From NCBI RefSeq assembly GCF_006345805.1, contig NC_042998.1, positions 96,038,001-96,102,000 on the forward strand: 64,000 nucleotides of DNA. The letters run 5' to 3'. A program made the position numbers and the translations under genes. The notes beneath the pieces are model-generated. The model saw nothing but the letters and a program-made list of their open reading frames with translations. It did no database searches and was not told the origin of the DNA. The first letter of the stretch is position 1, and each line of letters opens with the position of its first letter. This DNA comes from Octopus sinensis (lineage: Eukaryota). Positions 26,650 through 39,845 of the stretch are shown here, piece after piece.

Positions 26650-26894
26650 TGTGTGTGCGTGTGCGTGTGTGGTGTAAAACACATTAAGAAAAGCATTTGA
26701 CATACACACCAGAATGTGAGTTTTCTGTAAATTTTGCTTAATTGGAGTTTAAATTTTAAAAAGTGGACCTGGCAAAACCCGATGCATTCTACTCTTAAAA
26801 ATGCTAAGTAAATTGTAATTGAAGAAATCCTATATTGTAGATTTCTATAACTGACAAAGGGAGGCAGATAAAATCTGCCTTTTATAATAAGAGA
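26650..26894 (-). mobile_element. Probable Helitron 5'-end fragment
   Basis: Minus strand begins A|TCTCTTATTATAAAAGGCAG, like the 5' end of 48895-49415. Confidence 0.5.
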
Positions 26895-27003
26895 TACATA
26901 CATACGTATGTATGTGTGTATATATGTTTTAATGTAAGAGCCACTGACCATAAATGTTCCTCATAAGACTAAGTGGGGTACATACATTGGATAGAAGTGT
27001 CAC

Positions 27004-27442
27004 TCCGACGTCTGGCAGCTGACTTGGCAGACACCCATAAAATTATCAACCATCGTACAAACAATAACTCTGAGCACCTTTTCAAACTCCACCCATCTAA
27101 CACCCGTGGACATATTTACAAAGTCAGAAAACAGCACAGCTCCCATGACTTCAGGAAACATTTTTTCACGCTGAGAGTTGCTGAAGCATGGAACAAACTG
27201 CCGGCATCAGTTGTTAGTTGTCGGAGCACTGCATCCTTCAAAACTTCCATGCTTCCTGAAATTCGCCAACACTACACTTGATTTTCTCCCCTCCATACAC
27301 ACACAAGCATGTATCTGACTCATACATTGTTCGCTTTCCAGACATTTCTACATTACTGCATGTACTTTATATGCACTTTCTGACAAGTTGTGGTGCACCT
27401 GAGCACTGTATACAATAATTTCATTATTATTATTATTATTAT
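27004..27442 (+). mobile_element. CR1/L2-group LINE 3' end with (ATT)n tail
   Basis: RRLAADL..TRGHIYKVRKQ..RKHFFTLRVAEAWNKLPASVV..SFK is the CR1-type ORF2 C-terminus. Confidence 0.9.
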
Positions 27443-29079
27443 AATCGTCAGATCTTTTTATAATCAAAGCACTAGCACTAGCACAAATTAGTAATAGAAG
27501 CTTGGAATATTGAAATTAGAATTTTGGAATGGTGATAAAATGGAAATAAATTTGTAATAATAAATTTCTATAATTTTTTTTCTTTTAGCCTGGGTCAACT
27601 CTGAAATAAAAAAGATTTAGTGGCTAGCGATCTGTCATGGCGAACCCCGCGCGCGCGCGTGTGTGCGCGTGTGAGCAAGTTTAGACCTTCTAGCTTACAG
27701 AACTTCAACATCCAGCAGTTTTCAGGCATTTCGTTTTACTATTTGATGAACAAAAGGATTTTTTTTTCTCAAATTGCACGTTGTTCTTCCTAGTTATTAC
27801 CTCCATTCGCTTTTGTTCAGTATGAGATACTCTCAATTAGCAATGCCGAGGTTCAAAGGCTTAAAGGTGGGAGAGAAAGAGGAAGGAAGAGGGTTGGAAG
27901 AGGTGGGGATGGGAATGAGGAGGAGAGAGGGAGGGAGGAAAGGAGGGAAGGAAAGAGGAGGAGTTTCGGAAGTTGACTTTGTTTCCTCATAACTTTCAGA
28001 AACCTGAGTATCTGTTGAAGAAATTTTCCAAAAACGTCAGACAACTGGGGTATGTTTTTAACAGAAATTGTCTAAAGAAATTTTTTTTACATCTTTCAGA
28101 TGGTGTAAATTACGATTATAACAGAATGTAATGTGAAAAAAAAAAATTGCTGGCTGCGTATACATACATACATACTGACACGCATCACAATTTTTTCAAA
28201 ACTTTAAATTTTATTTTCTAGATATAGTGTCAGTATGTTTGCATGAGCACCCACCAAAGTCGGTAGGGTGATGGTGGTGGTTGTGGTGGGTGGGTGTTGT
28301 GGGTGGTGGTGGTGGTGGTGGTGGTGGTGGTGGTGATGGTGGTGGTTCTCTTGCGCAGGTATGACTATTTTTGATATTAATTTCAGATCGATTCTGATTA
28401 AAACAGTCCTATGACCATCTCGTATCTCCGTATATCATAGACAGTATTGTCTAATGTATCCTTTATTTAAGATGGTAGGTGTGAATATATATTTGGTTGC
28501 TATTTCTAGCATACCAAATAAGCGCACAGGAAATTCGACCCAGCCGCGATTTTGTAGTAGAATACGATCGAAGGGACGTAACTCTGCATAATTTATATGG
28601 AAATCTGTTTCTGTGTTTACGTTAAACAAAACGGTAAACGTTTTGTGACCTGGACGATTATACACCTGTCTCCATTTTCCTAAAGCTTTTCTCTTCCTCT
28701 TTCTCTCTCCTTATTTATTTCCTACTCACACACACGCATGTGCGCGCACTCTCTTTCCTCTCTCTCTGTATACATACATATATACATACATACATACACA
28801 CACACACATATTTCGATCTTGTATTTGGTTTGCAAGATTCTTTATGTGAATTCATGTGTTGAAGCATATTTTATTGTCTGGAGAGAGTCATTCTCTTTTA
28901 GTGTCTTATTACTCTTCAATATAGAAGAGATTGCAAAACGCAACGAAAATTTTAGGTATTAGGCATGGGTAAAATGTTTCAAACCACCCCAATTTTATTG
29001 AATGTGATATATATTTATATATATATATATATAAATATATTTTCCACTTTTCATTATCGCTGCCTCCCAGTGAGAAATA

Positions 29080-29535
29080 TTGATTTCAAGTTTTGATAGA
29101 AGGCCAGTAATTCCGGGAAAGGGGTAAGTCGATTACATCAGTGGTGCTTATTTTATCGACCCCGACAAAGATGAAAGGCAAAGTCGACCTCAGCGGAACC
29201 CGAACTCAGAACGTAAAGACGGACGAAATGCTGCTCAGCATTTTGCCCGGCATGCTGGCGATTCTGCCAGCTCGTCGCCTTCTTAGCAAGTGGTCGAGTA
29301 CTCCACAGATATGTGTACTTTCAACGTATTTCCCAGTCAGGGATATCCAGCGTGATGCAGAATGTGACAGGGCTGATCCTTTGAAACACAAGCAGAACTC
29401 ATTTTTGCCAGCTGAGTGGATTGCTAAAACGTGAAATAAAGTGCGTTGCTCAAGGACACAACGTGTGACCAAGAATGGAACCCATGACCTTACAATCGTG
29501 AGCCGAATACCCTAACCACTAAGCCAGGCGCCATC
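29080..29535 (-). mobile_element. Adjacent SINE family A (29080-29280) and family C (29280-29535) copies
   Basis: Reverse matches to the 57930 and 33755 SINEs. Confidence 0.75.
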
Positions 29536-29898
29536 GCATTTTGTTATTTAATCCTCCTATATGTCACTGTAACATTGTAATTGTTCAACCTCTTTGATAA
29601 AGAACTTGATAGCTGTATTAAGTATAACCTTCGACAATGTGATTTTTAAAAAATCTGTTTTCTGCAGTGAATTTATCACCCTTGTATTTACTCCCCGCTA
29701 TTCCCTGGGCCTCCACAAACTATACAGGCTTATACAGTAGACCCCCAGAAGTTCTTTTCTTATTAAAGCGGAACCAGGACCGGGCCGCCTCCTTCGCATT
29801 CTCTCTAGCGACGCTACTGTATATCTGATTCTGTATGAGGATTCTCATCAGTGCTCTTACATTCAAACTCTCTCTTTCTCTCTCTGTCTGTCTGTCTA

Positions 29899-29978
<80 letters not shown>

Positions 29979-30099
29979 GTCTCTCTCTCCTTTTTGCTTT
30001 CGAAGGCTATTTTTTTCGTTACTTTTAAGAACGGGTTTTACATTTAATTCTGCAGCTGTTACTTTTGCCGATAATAATGCTCATTCATATTCATTTTTT

Positions 30100-30470
30100 T
30101 TTCTTTTACGTGTTCCAGTCACTGGATTGCGGCCATGCTGGGGCACCGCTTTGAAGAGTTTAGTCGAACAGATCGAAGCAAAATTCATTTTCTAAACCAG
30201 GTTTGCCCCTTGCCAAACGGCTAACTCACGAGGACGTAAACAAACCAGCACCGTTTATCAAGTGGTGTGAGAGATAAACACAGGCACCCCCTCCCACACA
30301 GACGCATGTACGACGGGCTTCAACATAGTTTCCATCTACCAAATTCAATCACAAGGCATTGATCGACCCGGAGCTTTAGAAGACACTTGCCCACGCTACC
30401 ACACAATGAAATTGAACTCGAAATCATGTGGTTGCAAAGCGAGATTTTTTACTACAGGGGCATGCCTGCA
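30100..30470 (-). mobile_element. Diverged SINE family B
   Basis: gcggccatgctggggcaccgc...gaagacacttgccc..ttgaactcgaaatcatgtgg. Confidence 0.7.
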
Positions 30471-31638
30471 CAATAATCTATTAAATAGTTAGTGACACTA
30501 TTCAGTAATGAAACTGCAGTCGACAGTTTCACCGAGGCTCTTTGCGAAGTTTTACTGGCAGCATTCACTCCGACTAAACACCTTATCAAACATCTGTAGG
30601 AAACTGTTATCTATTTGTGATACAAGAGTCTCTGTTTCGTGTTGCATAACAGAATCAGAAACAGATATTCCTGAAAATTCCTGAAAACCATCACAAATTC
30701 ATACATTTACGTATTTAATAGCTTCGACACATATTTTTCATTTCCACCCAGATTTGCATAAAGGTTTTTAAGTAAGACATCTAACGTGATTTTTTTTTAA
30801 TGCGTACTGTATAACTGAAAACAAAACTCAAATAGTGAACAGTACCATAAAATAAAGTGGGTACTCTGCAATTTGGTGCTGTTACCGATCACTAGGTTCC
30901 GGCTATGATATTCGCCTGGCATATAAAATGCCCTTGATGTTTCCTTTGTTATCGCAACCGAACCCCTTTATTACCATTGTCCTGATCATTACAATTATGC
31001 TAAGTTTAGCTCGATCCTATTTTCAGAAAACCCAGTATACATTTGCATCACCTCTTCTTCGTTTCCTAGTTATGAACTCCCCTTGTTATGCCAATAATGA
31101 TCAATAAATATCACGCTGTGCTTTCATGCTGTCTTTGTGATATATGGGATGTCTTGTAAAGCTTTGTCAGTCATATGTTGACACTGTGACATATATAGAA
31201 CAGCACGGAGCATTCTGGTGTACGTGCCATTCAGAGTTTTTTTAATGGGCGCTAGGTTATCGGTCTATACACTAAGATTGACTCAACTGCTGCTCTGAAA
31301 AGCTGTAATACTACAGATACACAATCCTTTATACGGAACCCTAGGGGACAGTTGTGCTGTGAATTTCGGATATTTTTCGGATTTCAGAACAAAAGCCAGC
31401 TGCCCCAGATTTTAAACTAGACATCAGAACAGACGTCCTCCTACGGTAGCAAAAGCACATGTATACTTACTCACAATCAGTAGGAAAAATGAAGATTACA
31501 AATATTATAGTTTATTTTAAGGGTAATATACAGGTAAATGAAATGGTGAGGTAATTAAGATCACAAGTAACAAAATACATATAGTGGGATAATTCAAAAC
31601 AAACATACACGATCCACAAGTACAGATATACACATTAT

Positions 31639-33653
31639 CAGAGGTGGGCACCAGTAATCGAACTTCGCTAATCGTTAATCCGTTAATTTTTTGAAAAGGT
31701 AACGGAAGTTAAACGTTAATCCGTAAACGTTATTGAAAAAAGACATAACCACAACTTTGTTTGCCTAATAACTTCTAGAAAAATGGATACTTTTTAACGA
31801 AACTTTCACCAAACAATCGCTTATATCCTGTAGATTGAGTGTATGTGACGATTTGTTGGAAAAAACATTTTTTGTGGGATTGGGGAGTTTCGGAAAATTT
31901 ACAGGACCCGACATTTTCCCCCTCATAACTTTCTGGAAAATAGGTATTTTTTAATAAAATTTTCTACAAATACCTTTCAAACGGTGTAGATTACAAAGAA
32001 ATTTATAAGCAAAATTTTTGGAAGGGTGTGGGGGGAGGAGTTTCTGGAAAACGGATTTTCGGATCAGACGGCTCACATAAGTTGGAATTTCTCCATTTTG
32101 GCGGGGATGTTTTCCCCCCAAAGTCTTCAGAATGATGGGAGGCATCTTTTCACAAAAAAAAAAAAAAGAAAAAAATTTTGAAAATTTTTTCACTCGCACC
32201 ATCCCAGTCCGAAACGATTTTAGCCATTTTTTCTTTTCTTTTCTTTTTTTCACTTCGCACTTAAAACCCGTAAGAGAAACATTTTCGGTTTAAAAACAAA
32301 TTATTAATAATTTCAGAGGAAAATGTATGATTAAAGGGAGATCTGGCAGTTGTTTCTAACACATTCCCAAACCTCTCTCCTCGTTTCTTTCTCACTCACA
32401 CATCTATTGATATTTTTCGATATTTTTCTCCCCATAAACAAATTTTATGGAATGATGATGTCAAAATAACACACTTGTAGTCCCAACCGAGCGAGGCCGT
32501 GTTATGTGTGTGTGTAAGAATAAAGAACACCAAACAACATCTTTAGTGTTCTTATTAATCTGTCAAGTGTAATGCTTATTTGTTCACGTTATTTTGAATT
32601 ATTCAGGTTCAAGAGAGGTGTCCACAATATTTGCTTGTAACTTTCTAAATTTTTTACATACAGATTTGAAATTTTACCAGTTTGTTGCTGGTTTATAGTT
32701 ATGTAATTTTAACTGATCTTGCTGAGTAAATTTGATTTTTATGGGCAAGTAAATTTAATTAGCAGGTGTAAAAGCAATAACATTATGGATAAACACTAAA
32801 ATTGAAATTCTTAATGCATTTTACCTGTTTCATTTGTTACTAAAATTATCCCAGATGGCAACCGACAAAAGTTTTGCCACTTTTCAAGATGAGGTACAAT
32901 TATTTGAATTAATTAAAATACAGGTATAATCGGTACAAGATTTTATTCTTTCGGTAAATATTTCGTACCTCGGTGAAGAATAATTTTTTTCCACAGTTTC
33001 CCACCAAGGGAGTTTTGTTTTGCGAGTCTTCTTTTCTTTTCCAGGTTATTTTGCATGCTTTCAACGAATGTGACATCGAAGTCACGCGTAAACGGCTTTT
33101 TTTTCTAGAAAAGGAAAGATTTGACTGCTATTTCTAGCATGCCATGTTACCACGTAACAGCTATTTGCGTTCACACCGAAATATTTACCAACTTTTTTCC
33201 TTCCATTTATTTTTTCCATTTTATGGAAGTCAATATTTTCTCTGTTGACATCCACCTCAGTGAGGTCACGGATCAAATGGAAGCACATCAATTACTGTTC
33301 CCTCTTGACAAAACAAAGAAATTTCCCACTGTCTTTGCAAGCAACAAGCAGGTGGATTTGGTTTCAAATCCAGGCAGGACCAAACGAGTTCCTACAAGTT
33401 ATTTATAATAATAAGTTGCGTTATATCGGGGTTGAAATAATGACGCGTACAATACTAAATATGATAAGACAATCTGAAAACAATAGAAATTTTTAAACGT
33501 TTAGCGGTTTTTATGAAATTTTGGGGTTAACGGATTTGAGTTAACGCAGGCTAAATGTAACGGAAGTTAATTTGTCCGATAATGATTTTCAAAGTTAACT
33601 TAAAAGTTAAATCATTAACGATGAACGGATTAACAGACTTACGCCCAGCTCCG
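31639..33653. mobile_element. Non-autonomous hAT element nested in the Tigger-type element
   Basis: TIR CAGAGGTGGGC / GCCCAGCTCCG; subterminal ttaacg/cgttaa repeats at both ends; 8-bp TSD cacattat / cacgttac. Confidence 0.8.
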
Positions 33654-33754
33654 CACGTTACCATAATATTTCTGTAGAGAGACGAATAAGTATTCACTCT
33701 AATTTGAATAAAGAAAAATTACAAATGGTATTACAGTTTATTTATATGCTAGAG

Positions 33755-34065
33755 CCTAGTGGTTAGGGCATTCGGCTCATGATCGTAAGGTTGTGAGTTC
33801 GATTCCCGGCGACGCGTTGTGTCCTTGAGCAAGACACTTTATTTCACGTTGCTCCAGTCCACTCAGCTGGCAAAAATGAGTTGTACTTGTATTTCAAAGG
33901 GTCAGCCTTGTCACTCTCTGTGTCACGCTGATTATCCCCGAGAACTACGTTAAGGGTACACGTGTCTGTGGAATGCTCAGCCATTTGCACGTTAATTTCA
34001 CGAGCAAGCTGTTCCGTTGATCGTATCAGCTGGGACCCTCGTCGTCGTAACCGGCGGAGTCTTTT
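33755..34065 (+). mobile_element. tRNA-SINE family C
   Basis: gcctagtggttagggca..GAGTTCGATTCCC..gtgtccttgagcaagacacttta. Confidence 0.85.
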
Positions 34066-36496
34066 TTTATGCTAGAGCCATAAATTGGTTCAAACTAGGT
34101 TAAATATGTAACCGCAGTTAAGCTGTGGAACAGCGTCCGTCATTGTCATCAGGTTGCAAGCAAACTTCCAATGATGGCCAAGAACAGGATTCTCAAGTGA
34201 TGAAGTAGCATAATGAGAGAGAGCATTTTTAAAGACTTCTTCAAGTATCATCCGTCTCATTAGCATAGGTTTCTGTAAAGCAATGTCCCTTTAATTGAGT
34301 AAATTCCCATAATCTGTTGCTCACTAATAATTCACGATATTCAAGGTCAGCTCTTAACTGATCACAATTTTTTACCATATCGTCTATAGGAATTTTTTCA
34401 TATTCTACAGAGAGTCGCCACACAGACACACCACGATCAGTTTCTGGGGTAACTCCACTTTTTGCGTTATTGATAATGATAAATGTTTCTTTTGCTTTTT
34501 CTCACTGTTGTCTATTGGGGTTTCTGAAGTTCTTTTGGACATTTTCAGGGTAAATTATACACAAAGTCACAAGAAATAATACAAAGACAACAAACAGCAA
34601 ACGGACGTCTTCTCTCTACGAGTGCTGAGCCACACCTGACGCTTGGTGGTAAGTGGAGACCGACCTACCAAGCGTTGCCATGTCATACCTGAATAAGCTG
34701 GGTTACGGTGGTCACCTATTTGCTCACAAAACGATCCCTGTTATGACGCGCTTCACCCTCCACATAAAAGTTCGGGTTTTGGGGCATTTTAGATTTTAGA
34801 TTTCTGGATAAAGGATTATGTACTTATAAAAAGCCATACCACCAAAGTTGCTGTTGTTTCTGAGAAACAGATTGACAATAATTCTGAAAAAGAATCTAAA
34901 CATTTGAACCAGCATGTTAAGTAATCATGGATAAATGAACTGCAGTGGAACTTAGCCAAAGTTTTCAATTCCCATAGACAATGTTATTTAAAGATTCACC
35001 AAGTTCTAATTAACCGAGCAGTCTGAAATCAATTACAAGCGTCACAAATTGATTTTCGAATATTCATGAGCAATAACTATTTTCTTGTATTGCTGCTAAT
35101 TTCTGACAATTTTATTAAAAAGTTTTGGAGACACGTGACGGAATCCACATGGGGTTTATGGCATCGATAGTTGTTATTTTCAACGCATATAGTTGAAAAA
35201 CAGTAGCTGCAAAGTGAAATACGAATAAATGTAATAAGAGGGATAGTTGCATAAAAAGTCATGTAAGAAGCTCATGTTTTGCTGGAAAATTTGCCTGAAA
35301 GAAAGAAACTGTAACCTTGACATATGGGACTAACAATTGCTTGAATGATATCACATGTAGTTAAGAAGAGGGGAAACTCGTCTGGCAAAGAAATATCGAC
35401 ATATTATATTTCTTGATACTATGTATAAATAGAACACAAGCTGCTTAACTAAGTCGCAACAGAAATATTTAGAAACAAACGACTTGGTCAGTGATATACG
35501 ATTAAGTGAAGAGAATAAGGACGTCGAAGAATTTGCTGCACTACAACTTGTAGACTGTAAAGAATATTGTTCTTCAAAAAGCGTAATCATATTTCCAAAA
35601 CCAACTAATAATATAGCCATCGTATACGAGTGTATTCACTGGGCCATGCAATTTTCTAAGGTTCCAAATGGCTAAACCAATTGTTAAATCATAGTTTGTA
35701 TTGACGTGTTTAATGAAAGGGTCATTAAAAGATTAACTAGTAATAAACATGCGGCTTGAAAAAATACAACAATATTAATCAATAGCTAACATTTTTCTTT
35801 CTCATTTTTCCAGCGATTACAGGAGACAACTCCAGGCTGTTTCAGTCTTATTTTTACCTCATCAAATAAATACCTTCCCCGTTTTCGCCGAAGCGATGCT
35901 AAAATAATCAGTTAGGAAATATGTTAGAGCGTGTTGATGTAAGAAATATGCATCATATTAACCCATCATATTTCACTGGAATTAATTAATACCTACATAA
36001 TTCTATTTTCTTACAGCAGCAGATATGCTTAAGATCATAAGTTTGGCACTATAATGACGGCTATGTTTCATTGATGAGGGCCGAATAACACAGAAGCATA
36101 CCCGGAGTTGTGTCCCATACTTGGTGGGGAAACGAAAGTATTAATTATTGACTTCTCACCGCATGATTATATCTCATTAGCTAATTATCTAATGAGAAAT
36201 AGCTCACTGCATTAAATAGGTTAACACTAATTTAAGTAGTTTCTCACGAAGACGGTGCCACTGAATTATATAATTGTAAATAATATATAATAATCATATA
36301 ATTGTAAATAAAATCATGGTTAACTGAATTAACTGAATTACTTCAGTAACTGAATTACTTCAGTCACTAGAGTCACTGATAAATAAAAGTGCTGTAGCTA
36401 TTTGCATTGCTATTTTTCCGTTTCATTTCCTTAACAAAAAAAAAAAAGTATTGCGATGGCTGAATGGTTCCTGATTTCTTAATATTAAAGGTGTGA

Positions 36497-37143
36497 AAGG
36501 CAGCGAGCTGGCAGAAACGTTAACACGCCGGGCGAAATGCGTAGCCGTATTTCGTCTGTCGCTACGTTCTGAGTTCAAATTCCGCCGAGGTCGACTTTGT
36601 CTTTCATCCTTTCGGGGTCGATTAAATAAGTACCTATTTCTTTATTACCCACAAGGTGCTAAACATAGAGGGGACAGACAAGGGCAGACATAGGTATTAA
36701 GTCGATTACATCGACCCCAGTGCGTAACTGGTACTTAATTTATCGACCCCGAAAGGATGAAAGGCAAAGTCGACCTCGGCGGAATTTGAACTCACAACGT
36801 AACGGCAGACGAAATACCGCCAAGCATTTCGCCCGGCGTGTTAACGTTTCAGCCAGCTCGCCGCCTTAAATAAGTACCAGTTACGCACTGGGGTCGATGT
36901 AATCGACTTAATCCGTTTGTCTGTCCTTGTTTTCCTCTCTGTGTTTAGCCCCTTGTGGGTAGTAAAGAAATGGGTATTTCGTCTGCCGTTACGTTCTGGG
37001 TTCAAATTCCGCCGAGGTCGACTTTGCCTTTCATCCTTTCGGGGTCGATAAATTAAGTACAAAGTACGCCCTGGGGTCGATCTAATCGACTGCCTCCTAC
37101 CCCACAAAAATTTCGGGCATTGTGCCTAGAGTAGGAAAGAATA
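36497..37143. mobile_element. Nested and tandem SINE family A cluster
   Basis: A plus copy is interrupted by a minus copy (~36635-36866) flanked by the duplication taaataagtacc, then a further head-less plus unit follows. Confidence 0.88.
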
Positions 37144-37594
37144 CTAAAGGTGTGAAGTTGCGATCAAACTGTATCAGGATGTTGTCTGAGATATGGGAAC
37201 TTAATTTAATCACATGAAATGTCCACAGACATATTTGTATGATTAAGAAGCTCGCATTGCAACCACGTGGTTTTGATAACCGGGGTTGTTTTGTTTACGT
37301 CTATGTAGTTCAGTAAATGAGACCAATGGAATAAGTACGAAACTTTAAAATTAGTACTGGTGGGGATGTTTTCTAATAAAACCTTTTAAGGCTGTGTCCA
37401 AAGGCTGAAACATGTAAGTGATGAAAAGGCAAAAGACAAGAAAAAAACAAGATTTAAAGTAGTTAAAATAACCGAAATCATGTCTAATAATCAAAATCTG
37501 AAATCTTATAATATATATCGTTGATATTGATATCAACAACATGTCTACTCCCCCAACGTGAAATATACGATAATTTTATCGAGAAATTTATCGT

Positions 37595-37751
37595 AAGCGC
37601 AAGAGTGGCTGTGTGGTAAGAAGGTTTCTTTCCACCACTTGGTTCCAGGTCCCACTGCGTGGCACCTTCGGCAAGTGTCTTCCTCTATAGCCTCGAGCCG
37701 ACCAATGCCTTGTGAATGGATTTAGTAGACGGAAACTGAAAGAAGCCCGTC

Positions 37752-37786
<35 letters not shown>

Positions 37787-38144
37787 CTACTCTTTTACTC
37801 TTTTACTTGTTTCAGTCATTTGACTGCGGACATGCTGGAGCATCGTCTTTAGTCGAGCAAATCGACCCCACCGCTAAGTTACGGGGACGTAAACACACCA
37901 GCATCGGATGTCAAGCGATGTTGGCGGGGGGGGGGGAGAAACACAGGCACACACACTCACATATATTCATATATATATATATGACGGGCTTCTTTCAGTT
38001 TCCGTCTACTAAATCCACTCACAAGGCTTTGGTCGGCCCGATGCTATAGTAGAAGACACTTGCCCAAAGTGCCACGCAGTGGGACTGAACCCGGAACCAT
38101 GTGGTTGGTATGCAAGCTACTTACCATACAGCCACTCATGCGCC

Positions 38145-38219
<75 letters not shown>

Positions 38220-38305
38220 TTATGTTTGACCCCCAACCATCGCTTGACAACCGATATTGGTGTGTTTACGTCTCTGTAACCTACCGGATCGGCAAAAGAG
38301 ACTAA
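37595..38305. mobile_element. SINE family B plus-strand copy split by an inverted family B copy (37790-38143) inserted in its internal (TA)n
   Basis: 5' half 37595-37755 +, full minus copy, 3' half ~38170-38305 +. Confidence 0.8.
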
Positions 38306-38399
38306 TGTGTGGATATATAACAAATTTGGAAAAAAAAGGCTAACCCGACTAATTGGTATAATCTCATTCCCAGACATGCTCCATTTTCTGATTCACAAG

Positions 38400-38660
38400 T
38401 GTGCTATGTCTCCTCGCTGTCTTTTATACTACTACTATAATGGCTTTCGTTCCTCCTGCCACTCCTGCTCAGGCATTTCCATGTAACTCGACTTTGTCCC
38501 TTTTTAGTTTACTTGTGTCTAACTCCCTAGGCTCTGCATTAATTACTACGTCCAGTTCTTCTTTCCCAGAGCATCATCCTACTGGAATTCCTTACCTGCA
38601 GGCGTTGACTGTTTTTACTGCAAGCGATGACTTACAAATGTTCTAGAGAAACATCAACGG
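38400..38660 (+). mobile_element. Decayed LINE ORF2 C-terminus
   Basis: INYYVQFFFPRASSYWNSLPA resembles the FFPR..WNSLP motif of Jockey/CR1-group LINEs. Confidence 0.6.
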
Positions 38661-38790
38661 AACGGCATCAGTCCAACCTGACTAAGTGGGCTCAGGAAGA
38701 TGTCACAGCACTGTCGCTTCTTCCGGACCCAGCTAGGATTATTTGCAGGATGTGAGACATAGAGACTAGCAGTTTCTCATAAGTTAGCAT

Positions 38791-39213
38791 TCCGACGTCT
38801 GGCAGCTGACTTGGCAGACACCCATAAAATTATCAACCATCGCACAAACAATAACTCTGAGCACCTCTTCAAAATCCACCCATCTAACACCCGTGGACAT
38901 ATTTACAAAGTAAGAAAACAGCACAGCTCCCATGACTTCAGGAAACATTTTTTCACGCTGAGAGTTGCTGAAGCGTGGAACAAACTGCCGGCATCGGTTG
39001 TTAGTTGTCGGAGCACTGCATCCTTCAAAACTTCCATGCTTCCTGAGATTCGCCAACACTACACTTGATTTTCTCCCCTCCATACACACACAAGCATGTT
39101 CACTTTCCAGACATTTCTACACTGCTGCATGTACTTTATACGCACTTTCTGACAAGTTGTGGTGCACCTGAGCACTGTATACAATAATTTCATTATATAT
39201 TATATTATATTAT
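38791..39213 (+). mobile_element. CR1/L2-group LINE 3' end, near-identical to 27004-27442
   Basis: Same peptide and 3' UTR; AT-rich tail. Confidence 0.9.
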
Positions 39214-39474
39214 AAACTATCGCTGTAGTATAGAGCAATTGTAGACGAGATATTTATGTACTGCTTTGCAGTTCAGCTGCTCTGAATAAAGTTAAACTCT
39301 ATCTAAATATAATGAACGTTGAAGAGACGAGAATATGGTGAATCAGTGCAGAATCATGAGGTTTATTAAGCTTGCTATAAGGATCTTTTTCTTTCACATA
39401 ACCAACAATTGGTTCCCTAATTTATGCAATTGGTTCCCTAATTTATGCAACTAAATGAGGAGAGTATAAACTGC

Positions 39475-39845
39475 TATTCTTTAATTCTTTTATTTGTTTC
39501 AGTCATTTGACTGTAGCCATGCTGGAGCACCGCCTTTAGTCGAACAAATCGACCGCAGAACTTATTCTTTTGTAAGCCTAGTACTTATTCTATCGATGCC
39601 TTTTGCCGAACCGCTAGATTACGGGGGATGTAAACACACCAGCATCGGTTGTCAAGCGATGGTGGACACACACACACACACAGACACACACACACACACA
39701 CACATATACGACAGGCTTCTTTCAGTTTCTGTCTACCAGTTTCTGTCTTCTATAGTAGAAGACACTTGTCCAAGGTGCCACGTAGTGGGACTGAACCTGG
39801 AACCATGTGGTTGGTAAGCAAGCCACTTATCACACACTTGCGCCT
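39475..39845 (-). mobile_element. SINE family B
   Basis: Reverse match to 61705-62185. Confidence 0.85.

Larger units (their letters stand above)
31315..34827 (-). mobile_element. pogo/Tigger-type DNA transposon remnant carrying nested insertions
   Basis: Ends cagatacacaatcctttatacggaa / ttctggataaaggattatgtact form degenerate TIRs; minus peptide EKIPIDDMVKNCDQLRADLE (34241-34429) resembles Tigger/Jerky-type C-termini. Confidence 0.65.

Noticed and set aside
27865-28345. G-rich and (GGT)n tracts as functional G-quadruplex or Gly/Val-rich coding sequence
   Set aside because: Simple low-complexity repeats typical of the whole window, with no supporting context
35430-35675. Plus-strand open frame (~80 codons) and nearby plus-strand acceptors at ~35812 and ~36016
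   Set aside because: No recognisable domain, weak acceptor, and no consistent exon chain could be built
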